64,000 nucleotides of DNA from Actinomycetes bacterium. Lineage in GTDB: Bacteria > Actinomycetota > Actinomycetes > S36-B12 > CAIYMF01. The DNA is taken from assembly GCA_029781935.1 (NCBI GenBank), contig JAKOVT010000470.1, forward strand, positions 22,247-86,246, written 5' to 3'. The notes under the pieces are model-generated. The model saw only the letters and a list, made by a program, of their open reading frames with translations. It searched no databases and had not been told where the DNA came from. Below are positions 1 to 8,189 of this stretch, piece after piece. The position numbers were made by a program, and so were the translations under genes. How positions within the stretch are numbered: the first letter of the stretch is position 1; each line of letters starts with the position of its first letter.

Positions 1-1
1 C

Positions 2-124
2 GACGTCGCTCGCGGGGTCCGCGGTCCACGAACGGTCGCCGTCCGACGACGCCTCGGGATCAGGCTGGGACGTGTCGGGCCCGCTGTCGCGGGAGCGCTC
101 CTGCCCCTGTGGCTGCTCACTCAT
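2..124 (-). CDS. Partial hypothetical protein (5' end only; MSEQPQGQERSRDSGPDTSQPDPEASSDG...)
   Basis: ATG at 124 (minus) with a GAGGAG RBS upstream and a SigB/F-type promoter at 154-177; the frame is open to the window edge. Confidence 0.55.
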   Translation of the reverse strand, partial: MSEQPQGQERSRDSGPDTSQPDPEASSDGDRSWTADPASDV

Positions 125-153
125 GGCTGCTCCTCGATCGGGAGTCGCGGCTC

Positions 154-177
154 TGCCCGTGATCCCGCTGGTCAAAC
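154..177 (-). promoter_or_regulatory. SigB/SigF-type promoter GTTT-N15-GGGCA
   Basis: aaac at 174-177 and tgccc at 154-158 on the + strand, 15-nt spacer. Confidence 0.55.
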
Positions 178-180
178 GGC

Positions 181-204
181 GTTTCGCGAGGCGGCCCACG
201 GGTA
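181..204 (+). promoter_or_regulatory. SigB/SigF-type promoter GTTT-N15-GGGTA
   Basis: GTTT 181-184, GGGTA 200-204. Confidence 0.7.
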
Positions 205-250
205 ACGACGCGAGTCATCGACCGGACCTCCGATCACCCAGGAGCGCCCC

Positions 251-340
251 GTGCCCGACTACCCGCTCACCACCTACCGGCCCGCTATGGACCAGCACGC
301 GCGTCCTGCGCTCGGGCCCTGCCCGCGGTGCGCGGCGTGA
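251..340 (+). CDS. Putative 29-aa microprotein MPDYPLTTYRPAMDQHARPALGPCPRCAA
   Basis: AGGAG RBS at 240-244, GTG 251, TGA 338-340, dedicated promoter at 181-204. Confidence 0.4.
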   Translation: MPDYPLTTYRPAMDQHARPALGPCPRCAA

Positions 341-359
341 CCCGCCGCACGCTGCCCGG

Positions 360-560
360 TCAGGCGCGCGAGCCGGGGTCAACCGCCGGCCCGGTCGCGC
401 GGCGGCTGCGGTCGGCCCGGACGCGGAGCCAGGAGAACCCGATGGCCACCAGCGCGATCACGACGAGGAAGAGCGTGAGCGAGATGCCCACCGACCACCC
501 GGTGTCGGAGTTCGGGCCAGGTGTGGGCGTGGAGGTCGTCGACGGCGTGGTCGCGCTCAT
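360..560 (-). CDS. Small single-pass membrane protein (66 aa)
   Basis: ATG 560 with AGGAG RBS; hydrophobic segment VGISLTLFLVVIALVAIGFSWL followed by basic residues. Confidence 0.6.
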   Translation of the reverse strand: MSATTPSTTSTPTPGPNSDTGWSVGISLTLFLVVIALVAIGFSWLRVRADRSRRATGPAVDPGSRA

Positions 561-590
561 AGCGGCTCCTCGGGACGGGGTGCCGCCTCG

Positions 591-614
591 TTCCCAGCAG
601 GTGTCACGGCAAAC
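591..614 (-). promoter_or_regulatory. SigB/SigF-type promoter GTTT-N15-GGGAA
   Basis: aaac 611-614 and ttccc 591-595 on the + strand. Confidence 0.6.
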
Positions 615-654
615 GTCAGGGCCGTACGGGTCCAGGGGTCGGGAGGTGGTCTGA

Positions 655-1710
655 GTGCGCATCGTGCTGGTCCAGGTGGAGGACGACGCGGATCGTGCGT
701 CCGTGCGCACGGCGTTCCGCAGGCCGGGCGGCGAGCTCGCCGACGAGCTCGCGGGAGCCGGTCACGAGGTGCGCGAGCTGAGCCTGTTCCTGGGAGACGG
801 GTACGCCGGGAGATCCGGGCTGCACGCGGGCGGCACCGAGGCGGCATCGATCGGGCTGGCACGCGCGCTCGAGTCGGGCGAGCACGACGTGCTGCACGTC
901 CTGGGGGAGAAGGCCGGCAGAGTGGTGGAGGGCGTCGTCGGGAGGCGTCCGTGGGTCTGGTCGTTCGACGAAGGAGACGCCGACTCCCTCGACAGCGGCG
1001 AGCTCTGGTTCCCCCGGGGTGCCTCGCTGGTGCTCGTGCCGACGATCGCCGTGGGTGACGCGATCGTGCGCGGCGGCGTTCCGCGCTCGCGAGTGCGCGT
1101 GGTCGCCGAGCGGCTCTCGACCGGCGTGGTGCGCGGACCCCTCGACGGTGTGCGTGTGCGCGCGACGTCGCTGCTCACGGTGATGGACGGACGCGGGGGC
1201 ACTGCCGACGTGGTCCGCGCGCTGTCGCGGCTGCCGGGGACGCACCTCACGGTGCTCGCCGGCAGCGAGGACGAGGCTGCCCGCCGTCGGCTGCGCCTGT
1301 TGGCGCGGCAGCTGCACGTGGAGGACCGCGTGCACTGGCATCGGTTGAGCGACCGGCCCGACGCGATGCGGGTGGTGGAGGGCGCGGACGTGCTGGTCCA
1401 CGTCCCCCACGAACGGCTCGACCTGGGACCGGTCCTGGCTGCGATGAGCGTGACGACGGCCGTCGTCGTGACGGACCTGCCCGACGCCGACGGCATCGTG
1501 GTCAACGGGTGCACGGGCTTGCGTGTGCCTCCGGCCGAGCCGCACCGGCTCGCCCTGCGCCTGTCGATCCTGAGCGCCGATGCCGCGATGCGCGACGAGA
1601 TCTCGTTGGCCGCCCGTCGATTCGTCCGCGACGAGCTCGCCGCGCCGCTCACCACCGCCGCCGTGCTCGACAGCTACTCGCTGGTGACCAGAGTGCGGAG
1701 GTCGGCGTGA
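655..1710 (+). CDS. GT-B (family 4-like) glycosyltransferase, divergent
   Basis: GGAGG RBS; C-terminal ADVLVHVPHERLDLGPVLAAMSVTTAVVVTD...GCTGLRVPP resembles the Glycos_transf_1 signature. Confidence 0.7.
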   Translation: MRIVLVQVEDDADRASVRTAFRRPGGELADELAGAGHEVRELSLFLGDGYAGRSGLHAGGTEAASIGLARALESGEHDVLHVLGEKAGRVVEGVVGRRPWVWSFDEGDADSLDSGELWFPRGASLVLVPTIAVGDAIVRGGVPRSRVRVVAERLSTGVVRGPLDGVRVRATSLLTVMDGRGGTADVVRALSRLPGTHLTVLAGSEDEAARRRLRLLARQLHVEDRVHWHRLSDRPDAMRVVEGADVLVHVPHERLDLGPVLAAMSVTTAVVVTDLPDADGIVVNGCTGLRVPPAEPHRLALRLSILSADAAMRDEISLAARRFVRDELAAPLTTAAVLDSYSLVTRVRRSA

Positions 1711-1714
1711 CGTC

Positions 1715-1738
1715 GTTTCGCTGTCGGTGCGAGGGGTA
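1715..1738 (+). promoter_or_regulatory. SigB/SigF-type promoter GTTT-N15-GGGTA
   Basis: GTTT 1715-1718, GGGTA 1734-1738, 11 nt before ATG 1750. Confidence 0.7.
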
Positions 1739-1749
1739 GGCGGGCGAAC

Positions 1750-2187
1750 ATGACCGCCGCGCACGACCTGGCGCCCGTGGGCTGGTTCTCGTTCGAGGAC
1801 CGCTGCGTCGCGGCGCAACCGGGTCGGTGGCGACGCGAGCTCCGTCCGGTGCTGCGCGCCTTCGCCGGGCGGAAGCGCGCCGACGACGTGCTGCTCGCCG
1901 CGAGCGAGCTCGTCTCCAACGGTGTGGAGCACGCGGGAGGCGTGATGGCGCTGCGCGTCACCGGAGCGGCCGGGGCGGTCACGGTGGAGGTGGAGGACGC
2001 CGTGCCCACCATGGGCGAGCGGCACGAGCCGCGCGACGAACGGGGTCGGGGGCTGGCGATCACGAGCGCCGTCTCGGACGCCTGGGGCTGGCACTCCACC
2101 GCGAGCGGCAAGGTCGTCTGGGCCCGGTTCGAGGGGCGGCGTCCGACCGCCACGGGGGTCCTCGGGCCCGGTCGGAAGGCGGGCTGA
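1750..2187 (+). CDS. RsbW-like anti-sigma factor / HATPase_c ATP-binding protein
   Basis: LAASELVSNGVEH (N box), EVED (G1), GRGLAI (G2), GKVVWARF. Confidence 0.85.
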   Translation: MTAAHDLAPVGWFSFEDRCVAAQPGRWRRELRPVLRAFAGRKRADDVLLAASELVSNGVEHAGGVMALRVTGAAGAVTVEVEDAVPTMGERHEPRDERGRGLAITSAVSDAWGWHSTASGKVVWARFEGRRPTATGVLGPGRKAG

Positions 2188-3248
2188 TGCGCCTCGAACC
2201 GGTGATGCTGTCGATCGAGACCGGTCGGGGCGCCGAGCACGACGACCTCGTGGCCGTTCTCCGCCACCAGGAGGAGCTCGGCTCCGTGCGCCTCGCGGAG
2301 GGTGCCGGCGATCTCGTGCATGCGCTGGGCTGGGCAGGTGCCCGTCGCGCGGCGGCTGCCCGGCTGCCCTGGGTGCTGACGCCGCCTCGACTGGCCGAGG
2401 CGCTCACCACCGACCAGGCGAGGTTCCTGCAGTCCGCGGACGCGGTCGTCGTGCGCACCAGCCAGCAGCGTGACGCCGCCCACGCCGTGGGAGTCCCGTG
2501 GTACCGGCTGTTCGTCGTGCCCGTCGCTGCGGACGCCTCCACCTACAGCCGCAGCGGACCGTCGGCGCGCAACACCGAGCGCGTCCGCGTCGTGGCCGAG
2601 TCGACCGGAGCAGCCGACGGGATCCCGACACTCCTCGCCGCCCTCACCCGGTGGGACGGCGCCGAGCTGGTCGTCATCGCGGAGCAGCGTGCCGCGACGT
2701 TGCGCCGCGAAGCGCGACGCGCCGGCCTGTCCGCGCGCTTCCTCGTCGTGCACCCGCGCGACGAGCTGGAGCGCGCCTGGTGGATCCGGTCCGCGCATGC
2801 CGCCGTCGCCGTGCCGTCCGACGGCGTGCCGTCGCGGCTCGCGCTCGATGCGATGGCGTGCGGCGTCCCGGTCGTGGCGACCTCGGTCGACCAGCTCGAG
2901 GACCTCGTCGTCCACGGTGTGACCGGACTGCACGTCCCTGCTGACGATCCTCTCTCCTTGACCCGCGCACTGCGCTCCCTCGTCTCCGACCCGTTCCGGC
3001 TCGAGGCGCTGGGGATGGCGGCGTCGGACCGGGCCGTGAACCGGTACTCGCGTGAGCGCATCGGTCGGGACCTGCTCGCGGTCTACCGCAAGGTCCTCGC
3101 GGCGCAGCCGGACACCGACGACGTCGACGACGTGACCGAGCCCGAGCTCGTCGAGGGCGGCGCGTCGTCGACGCTCGAGGCGCCGCGCACTGATCGCGCG
3201 TCGTCGGCGTCCCACCCACAAGACGACCGACTGGAGGCCCCCGCATGA
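2187..3248 (+). CDS. GT-B (family 4-like) glycosyltransferase, divergent
   Basis: TGATG overlap with the upstream gene; LALDAMACGVPVVATSVDQLEDLVVHGVTGLHVP motif. Confidence 0.75.
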   Translation: MRLEPVMLSIETGRGAEHDDLVAVLRHQEELGSVRLAEGAGDLVHALGWAGARRAAAARLPWVLTPPRLAEALTTDQARFLQSADAVVVRTSQQRDAAHAVGVPWYRLFVVPVAADASTYSRSGPSARNTERVRVVAESTGAADGIPTLLAALTRWDGAELVVIAEQRAATLRREARRAGLSARFLVVHPRDELERAWWIRSAHAAVAVPSDGVPSRLALDAMACGVPVVATSVDQLEDLVVHGVTGLHVPADDPLSLTRALRSLVSDPFRLEALGMAASDRAVNRYSRERIGRDLLAVYRKVLAAQPDTDDVDDVTEPELVEGGASSTLEAPRTDRASSASHPQDDRLEAPA

Positions 3249-3388
3249 TGCCCCCCGAGCCCGAGCTCCCGCGCCCGCCCGTCGAGCCCGGCCCCGACGT
3301 GCCGCAGCCGAACGTGCCCGAGCCGACCGGTCCGCCGTTCCAGCCGCCGCCAACGCCCGAGCCGTTGCCGGAGCAGGTTTCGCCCTGA
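3245..3388 (+). CDS. Proline-rich 47-aa microprotein (MMPPEPELPRPPVEPGPDVPQPNVPEPTGPPFQPPPTPEPLPEQVSP)
   Basis: ATGA overlap with the GT stop and GGAGG RBS; 21 of 47 residues are Pro; absent from the ORF track because of its length. Confidence 0.5.
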   Translation: MMPPEPELPRPPVEPGPDVPQPNVPEPTGPPFQPPPTPEPLPEQVSP

Positions 3389-3400
3389 GCCGCCCGGGTA
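3377..3400 (+). promoter_or_regulatory. SigB/SigF-type promoter GTTT-N15-GGGTA (csbD)
   Basis: GTTT 3377-3380, GGGTA 3396-3400. Confidence 0.75.
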
Positions 3401-3449
3401 GTCGCCGGGCTCGTCGGCGGAGCGCCGACGGGACGAGAGGAGTGGTCGC

Positions 3450-3623
3450 ATGTCGGCAGAGGACAAGATCCGCAACATGGGCGAGAAGGTGTCCGGCGAG
3501 GCGAAGAAGGTCGCGGGCAAGGCGACCGACGACGAGCGCCTCGAGGCTGAGGGCGAGCGCGAGTCGGCCATGAGCGATCTCAAGCAGTCCGGCGAGAAGC
3601 TCAAGGACGCCGTCACCGAGTAG
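3450..3623 (+). CDS. csbD: CsbD-family general stress protein (57 aa)
   Basis: MSAEDKIRNMGEKVSGEAKKVAGKATDDERLEAEGE...; GAGGAG RBS; not in the ORF track. Confidence 0.9.
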   Translation: MSAEDKIRNMGEKVSGEAKKVAGKATDDERLEAEGERESAMSDLKQSGEKLKDAVTE

Positions 3624-3743
3624 TCGGTCGTGCGACGTCACTGGGGCGGTCTCGTGGACCGCTCCGCACGGTGGTTCCTCGATCCGGGGGACGACCTCCC
3701 GCTGCGGCGGGTCATCAGCAGCACTCACGGAGAGGACGGCCTT

Positions 3744-4304
3744 GTGTCCAGTCACCAGCACTCCGTCGTGGTCGACCGCCCGGTCCGGACGGTGTACGAC
3801 CAGTGGACGCAGTTCGAGAAGTACCCCGACTTCATGGAGAACGTCGAGATGGTCCGCCAGCTCGACGACACCAAGACGCACTGGAAGGTGCGCGTGGGCG
3901 GCGTGGAGCGCGAGTACGACGCGACGATCACCCAGCAGCGACCGGACGAGATCATCGCCTGGCACAGCCTCGCCGGCCCGGAGCACGGCGGCATGGTCAC
4001 CTTCGACCCGCTCGAGCCCGAGCGCACCCGTGTGACGCTGCGGCTCGACTTCGAGCCCGAAGGATTCACCGAGAGCGTCGGTGACGCAGTCGGGGTCGTG
4101 TCCTCGAACGTCGAGAACTCGCTCGAACGGTTCAAGGAGTTCATCGAGGACAGGGGAAGTTCGACCGGGTCCTGGCGCGGCACCGTCGACGGCGGCGTCG
4201 TAGCCGACGGCGGCACCGCCCCCGGGGGCACCAGCTCGACGCCGTGGTCCGACGGCCCGAGCATGACGTCGGAGCCGCGTGAGCCCGGTGGCATGGAGCT
4301 CTGA
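3744..4304 (+). CDS. SRPBCC (polyketide cyclase/START-like) protein
   Basis: VDRPVRTVYDQWTQFEKYPDFMENVE...PDEIIAWHS; GTG start after GAGG. Confidence 0.88.
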   Translation: MSSHQHSVVVDRPVRTVYDQWTQFEKYPDFMENVEMVRQLDDTKTHWKVRVGGVEREYDATITQQRPDEIIAWHSLAGPEHGGMVTFDPLEPERTRVTLRLDFEPEGFTESVGDAVGVVSSNVENSLERFKEFIEDRGSSTGSWRGTVDGGVVADGGTAPGGTSSTPWSDGPSMTSEPREPGGMEL

Positions 4305-4647
4305 GACATCGGACGGGGCCCGCGCCCCGGAGATCAGGGTGGTCCACCCCCGCGGCGAGCTCGACATCGCGACGGTCGACGATTTCGATCGCCTGCTGCG
4401 GGAGGTGCCGACCACCGCGCACCTCGTCATCGACCTCGCCGAGGTCACCTTCGTGGATTCGGTCACCCTCAGCCGTCTCGTGCGGGCCGCGCGCCTGCAC
4501 GAGACGGCCGGTACCGCCGTCGTCCTGGCCGGCGCTGCGGGGATCGTGCAGCGGGTCCTGTCCATCACCCAGCTCGACGTCGTCCTGCGCTGCACGGCGA
4601 CGGTGCCCGAGGCCGAGGCGCTCCTCGGCTCCCAGCACGACGGCTGA
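4279..4647 (+). CDS. STAS-domain anti-sigma factor antagonist (RsbV-like)
   Basis: PRGELDIATV...LVIDLAEVTFVDS (phosphoacceptor Ser motif); start uncertain. Confidence 0.85.
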   Translation: MSPVAWSSETSDGARAPEIRVVHPRGELDIATVDDFDRLLREVPTTAHLVIDLAEVTFVDSVTLSRLVRAARLHETAGTAVVLAGAAGIVQRVLSITQLDVVLRCTATVPEAEALLGSQHDG

Positions 4648-4673
4648 TGCGCCGTCCCACGAAAGGATCCGCG

Positions 4674-5090
4674 ATGGATGCCATCGTCCTGCTCCGCTCG
4701 CAGCACCGCGACGTGGAGAAGCTGTTCAAGGCGGTCGACAAGGGCGACCTGTCCGTCGTCCCCGAGATCTGCGCTGCTCTCGAGGAGCACGCTCGCATCG
4801 AGGAGGACGTCTTCTACCCGGCCGTGCGCGACGAGGTGCCCGACGAGATGTCGACCGTGCTCGAGTCGCTGGAGGAGCACCTGATCGTCAAGCGGCTCGT
4901 GTCCGAGCTGCAGGGCATGGACCCCGACGACGACGCCTACGAGGCGAAGGCGACCGTCCTCGCTGAGAACGTCCGTCACCACGTGCGCGAAGAGGAGGAC
5001 GAGCTCTTCCCCGCGGTCCGCTCCACGCTGGGGCGCAAGCGACTCGCCGAGCTCGCAGAGTTGATGCAGCGCGATGCCGTGAGAGCGTGA
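4674..5090 (+). CDS. Hemerythrin/HHE cation-binding domain protein
   Basis: QHRDVE...HARIEEDVFYP...EEH...HHVREEEDELFP. Confidence 0.9.
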   Translation: MDAIVLLRSQHRDVEKLFKAVDKGDLSVVPEICAALEEHARIEEDVFYPAVRDEVPDEMSTVLESLEEHLIVKRLVSELQGMDPDDDAYEAKATVLAENVRHHVREEEDELFPAVRSTLGRKRLAELAELMQRDAVRA

Positions 5091-5108
5091 TCGGTTGGTA
5101 CGCCTGGT

Positions 5109-5132
5109 GTTTGGCGCGATGACGTTCGGGTA
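5109..5132 (+). promoter_or_regulatory. SigB/SigF-type promoter GTTT-N15-GGGTA
   Basis: GTTT 5109-5112, GGGTA 5128-5132. Confidence 0.7.
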
Positions 5133-5191
5133 GCGCGCGTGCATCGAAGGGTCCGGGAGCGTGCCCGGGTCCGTCCTGCAGAGGAGCAACC

Positions 5192-5461
5192 ATGGGTATC
5201 GGAGCGAGCATCCTGCTGCTGGCGCTCGGCGCCATCCTCGCGTTCGCCGTCCAGGCCACCACCGTGATGGGCGTGAGCGTGCACGTGGTCGGCTACATCC
5301 TCATGGCGGCAGGCGCCGTGGGCCTGATCTGGTCGCTGATCGTCATGTCGACGCGCCGCCAGCCCTCCGTCGTCGACGTCACCGACGACGAGCCGCCGGT
5401 CGTCGTGCGCCGCACCAGCACCACCACCGACGACAGCGTCCGCCGGCCCGGTGCGCTGTGA
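5192..5461 (+). CDS. Small two-TM membrane protein (DUF6458-like)
   Basis: MGIGASILLLALGAILAFAV...VGYILMAAGAVGL; GAGGAG RBS. Confidence 0.75.
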   Translation: MGIGASILLLALGAILAFAVQATTVMGVSVHVVGYILMAAGAVGLIWSLIVMSTRRQPSVVDVTDDEPPVVVRRTSTTTDDSVRRPGAL

Positions 5462-5904
5462 CCATCTGCGAGAGCGAGGTCGTGGTCGGCCAGCCGCCCG
5501 AGATCGTGCTGGAGCGCTGGCGGGCGCTCCCCACCTTGGCCGGGAAGCTCGGTGGTGTCGTCGTGTCGCCGCTGAGCCGACTGACCTCTCGATGGTCGGT
5601 GCCGGTGACGGCGGGTCTGCGGACCGATCTGCTCGTGCGGGTCGTCGGTCGCACCGCCCGCGACATCGTGTTCTCCACCAGAGGCGGCCCGGAGATGGCG
5701 GGTCGCGTGTCGTTCCGCCCGGTCGGAGACCGGTCGACCGCGGTGCACCTCCGGTTCGAGGTGCTGCCGCACGGGATGGTCGAGCGCGCAGCCGTGCTGG
5801 CGGGCCTGCCCCAGCACCTCGCACAGGACTTCCTCGCAGCGTTCAAGAAGGCGGTCGAGGACGAACGAGGCGTGGCCGATCCGATGGAGGTGGCGTCGCC
5901 ATGA
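5458..5904 (+). CDS. Second SRPBCC-like protein
   Basis: GTGA overlap; WRALPTL...SRWSV...GRVSFRPVGDRSTAVHLRFE...LAQDFLAAFKK. Confidence 0.65.
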   Translation: MTICESEVVVGQPPEIVLERWRALPTLAGKLGGVVVSPLSRLTSRWSVPVTAGLRTDLLVRVVGRTARDIVFSTRGGPEMAGRVSFRPVGDRSTAVHLRFEVLPHGMVERAAVLAGLPQHLAQDFLAAFKKAVEDERGVADPMEVASP

Positions 5905-6185
5905 ACCAGTCGCCCCCGGGGGAGGCCAGCCTCGGTCTCGGCGTCGACGAGGAGACGACACCGCGCCCTGCACCGCGGCACGCACGGCCCGACCGGACGG
6001 AGGATCGCGAGCACGCCCAGCCGGACGGACGCCAGCCCGACGAACCTCAGCCCGACGAACCTCAGCCGGACCATCTGGTGTCGCCCGACGACCCGGAGGA
6101 TCCTGCGCGCTCCCCGAGGACGCTGGGCATCGACAACACCGACACCGCGCTGGGTGCCGAGGACGACTCGGCCCCGGTGGAGTAG
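5901..6185 (+). CDS. Acidic low-complexity hypothetical protein with QPDE(P) repeats
   Basis: ATGA overlap, GGAGG RBS; 15-bp tandem repeat encoding QPDEPQPDEPQPD. Confidence 0.5.
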   Translation: MNQSPPGEASLGLGVDEETTPRPAPRHARPDRTEDREHAQPDGRQPDEPQPDEPQPDHLVSPDDPEDPARSPRTLGIDNTDTALGAEDDSAPVE

Positions 6186-6187
6186 CC

Positions 6188-6706
6188 GTGGCGGCCGCAC
6201 GCGGCGTCGGTGCACCGCACGACACCGACCGTGCGCTGCGCGAGCTGCTCGAGGAGACCCGCATCGCCCAGATGGGCGGGCAGATCAGCCTCGGGTTCCT
6301 GCTGGCTGTGGCCTATACGCCGGCCATCCGCGACATCCCCGAGGGAGACAGGCGGCTCTACGCCTGGGCTGTCGCGGTGACGACGTCGGCCGTGGTCCTG
6401 CTGCTCTCGCCCGTGGCGCTGCACCGCCTGAACTTCGGACGGCGTTCGCGACCTCGCATCCTCGTGGTGGCGCACAGCATCACGCTGGTGGGGCTGGCCT
6501 GCCTAGGGCTCGGCATCGTGCTCAGCGTCGGCCTCGCGGCTCGGATCGCGCTGTCGGCCTGGACGGCGTGGCTGGTCGGTATCGCGGTGTCGCTCGTCGT
6601 CGTCTCGTGGCTCGTGCTCCCGCTGGTGCTGCGGTGGACGGGGACCGACCGGCCTCAGCGCTCGTCGGACGTCGTCCCCGAGCTCCGCCGCGAGGACGCT
6701 GCCTGA
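6188..6706 (+). CDS. DUF6328-family membrane protein
   Basis: ELLEETRIAQMGGQISLGFLLAV...LLSPVALHRLNF; four TM segments. Confidence 0.75.
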   Translation: MAAARGVGAPHDTDRALRELLEETRIAQMGGQISLGFLLAVAYTPAIRDIPEGDRRLYAWAVAVTTSAVVLLLSPVALHRLNFGRRSRPRILVVAHSITLVGLACLGLGIVLSVGLAARIALSAWTAWLVGIAVSLVVVSWLVLPLVLRWTGTDRPQRSSDVVPELRREDAA

Positions 6707-7005
6707 GGGAGAGCCTCGATGTCGGTGCTGCTCACCAGCTCGTCCACGACCTCGGTGGCGATGGTGCGCTGCTCGGCTTCCTGCTTCTGAGCGACCTCGA
6801 CACGCGCCGCCTGCCACGCCGACCAGTGGCCGGACACGAGCGCCCACAGGCTGAGTGCGGAGACGTAGACGACGCTCTGGACCCAGTGGGTGAACAACGA
6901 CACCGGGATCATCACGAGCCAGAAGATCGTGAGCCAGCCGTTGACCCGGCGCATGAAGACCGGGTCGCCCTGCACGCTCGCCCACAGCCACCTGATGACC
7001 GACAT
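6655..7005 (-). CDS. Hypothetical two-TM membrane protein
   Basis: GGGAG RBS; Trp-rich hydrophobic helices; GC3-rich codons. Confidence 0.7.
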   Translation of the reverse strand: MSVIRWLWASVQGDPVFMRRVNGWLTIFWLVMIPVSLFTHWVQSVVYVSALSLWALVSGHWSAWQAARVEVAQKQEAEQRTIATEVVDELVSSTDIEALPQAASSRRSSGTTSDER

Positions 7006-7069
7006 CGCTGCTCCCTCCTCTCGGTACGCGGCGCCCGTGTTCCCAGTTCACGCGGATCCATGCCTGCGC

Positions 7070-7093
7070 GTTTCGGTCCCGACGCGTCGGGTA
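7070..7093 (+). promoter_or_regulatory. SigB/SigF-type promoter GTTT-N15-GGGTA (topoisomerase IB)
   Basis: GTTT 7070-7073, GGGTA 7089-7093. Confidence 0.7.
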
Positions 7094-7110
7094 GCCGCGA
7101 CAGCGGAGCC

Positions 7111-8082
7111 ATGACCATGCGCCTCAAGCGGAGCCGGCTGACCGAACCCGGGCTGCGGCGGCGAGCTGCGGGTCGGGGCTTCACCTATCTCGATGCTGAC
7201 GGGCGCACCGTGCGCGATCCCGAGGTCCGAGAACGCATCTCGGCCTTGCGCATCCCCCCGGCATGGACCGACGTGTGGATCTGCGGCGACGAGAACGGCC
7301 ACATCCAGGCGGTCGGGACCGACGCCGCCGGACGCCGGCAGTACCTCTACCACCCGCTGTGGCGCCAGCGGCGCGACCTGGACAAGTTCGAGCACATGGT
7401 GCGGTTCGGGCAACGGCTGCCGACGGCGCGGCGCCGGGTCGGTCGCGACCTGCGGGCGCCCGGTGCCGGACGCACGGTCGTGCTCGCCGCCGCGTTCCGC
7501 ATGCTCGACTCCACCCTGATACGAGTGGGCAGCGAGCAGTACGCGCGATCGTCGGGAGCGGTCGGGCTCGCGACGGTGCGGCGCAGCGCCGTACTCGCCT
7601 GCGGCACCAGCCAGCTCGTGCTGCAGTTCGACGGCAAGTCGGGTGTCCAGCAGGAGCTCGAGGTGCACGACCCCGCGTTGACCGAGGTGGTGCGCAGGCT
7701 GGTGGATCGCGACGCGGCGGGCGATCCGGAGCTGCTGGCGTACGACGACGGCGACGGTTGGCGAGACGTCCGCAGCAGCGACGTGAACGACTACGTGCGC
7801 GACAGGGTGGGCGACGAGTTCACCGCGAAGGACTTCCGCACCTGGCACGCGACCGTGACGGCGGCGGCCGTGCTGCTCGACCGCGGGCCGCAGCAGACGC
7901 AGCGTGCCCGCTCCCGCGTGGTGAAGGAAGCCGTGCAGACGGCCGCCGCGCGGCTCGGGAACACGCCGGCTGTGGCGCGTTCCGCCTACATCGACCCTCG
8001 GCTGCTCGAGGCGTACGGACGCGGACTGCTCGTCCCCTCGCGGCGCTCGGTCGAGACCGTGGTGCGAGAAGTCCTGGGCTGA
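7111..8082 (+). CDS. DNA topoisomerase IB (bacterial/poxvirus-like)
   Basis: IPPAWTDVWIC, GRRQYLYH, catalytic IRVG, GKSG, KDFRTW, GNTP and SAYIDP; start is 7111 or 7117. Confidence 0.93.
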   Translation: MTMRLKRSRLTEPGLRRRAAGRGFTYLDADGRTVRDPEVRERISALRIPPAWTDVWICGDENGHIQAVGTDAAGRRQYLYHPLWRQRRDLDKFEHMVRFGQRLPTARRRVGRDLRAPGAGRTVVLAAAFRMLDSTLIRVGSEQYARSSGAVGLATVRRSAVLACGTSQLVLQFDGKSGVQQELEVHDPALTEVVRRLVDRDAAGDPELLAYDDGDGWRDVRSSDVNDYVRDRVGDEFTAKDFRTWHATVTAAAVLLDRGPQQTQRARSRVVKEAVQTAAARLGNTPAVARSAYIDPRLLEAYGRGLLVPSRRSVETVVREVLG

Positions 8083-8189
8083 CGAAGGTTTGGGCGGCGG
8101 TGCGGTGGGGACGTGCAGCGACCGCCGAGACCGGTGGGCGGGTCGGCGGACGCCCCCGACCGCAACGCCCGGCCCGTCCACCCCTTGGT

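Noticed and set aside
8088-8112. Eighth SigB/F-like promoter (GTTT-N15-GGGGA)
   Set aside because: Imperfect -10 box that points only antisense to feoC, with no credible downstream gene
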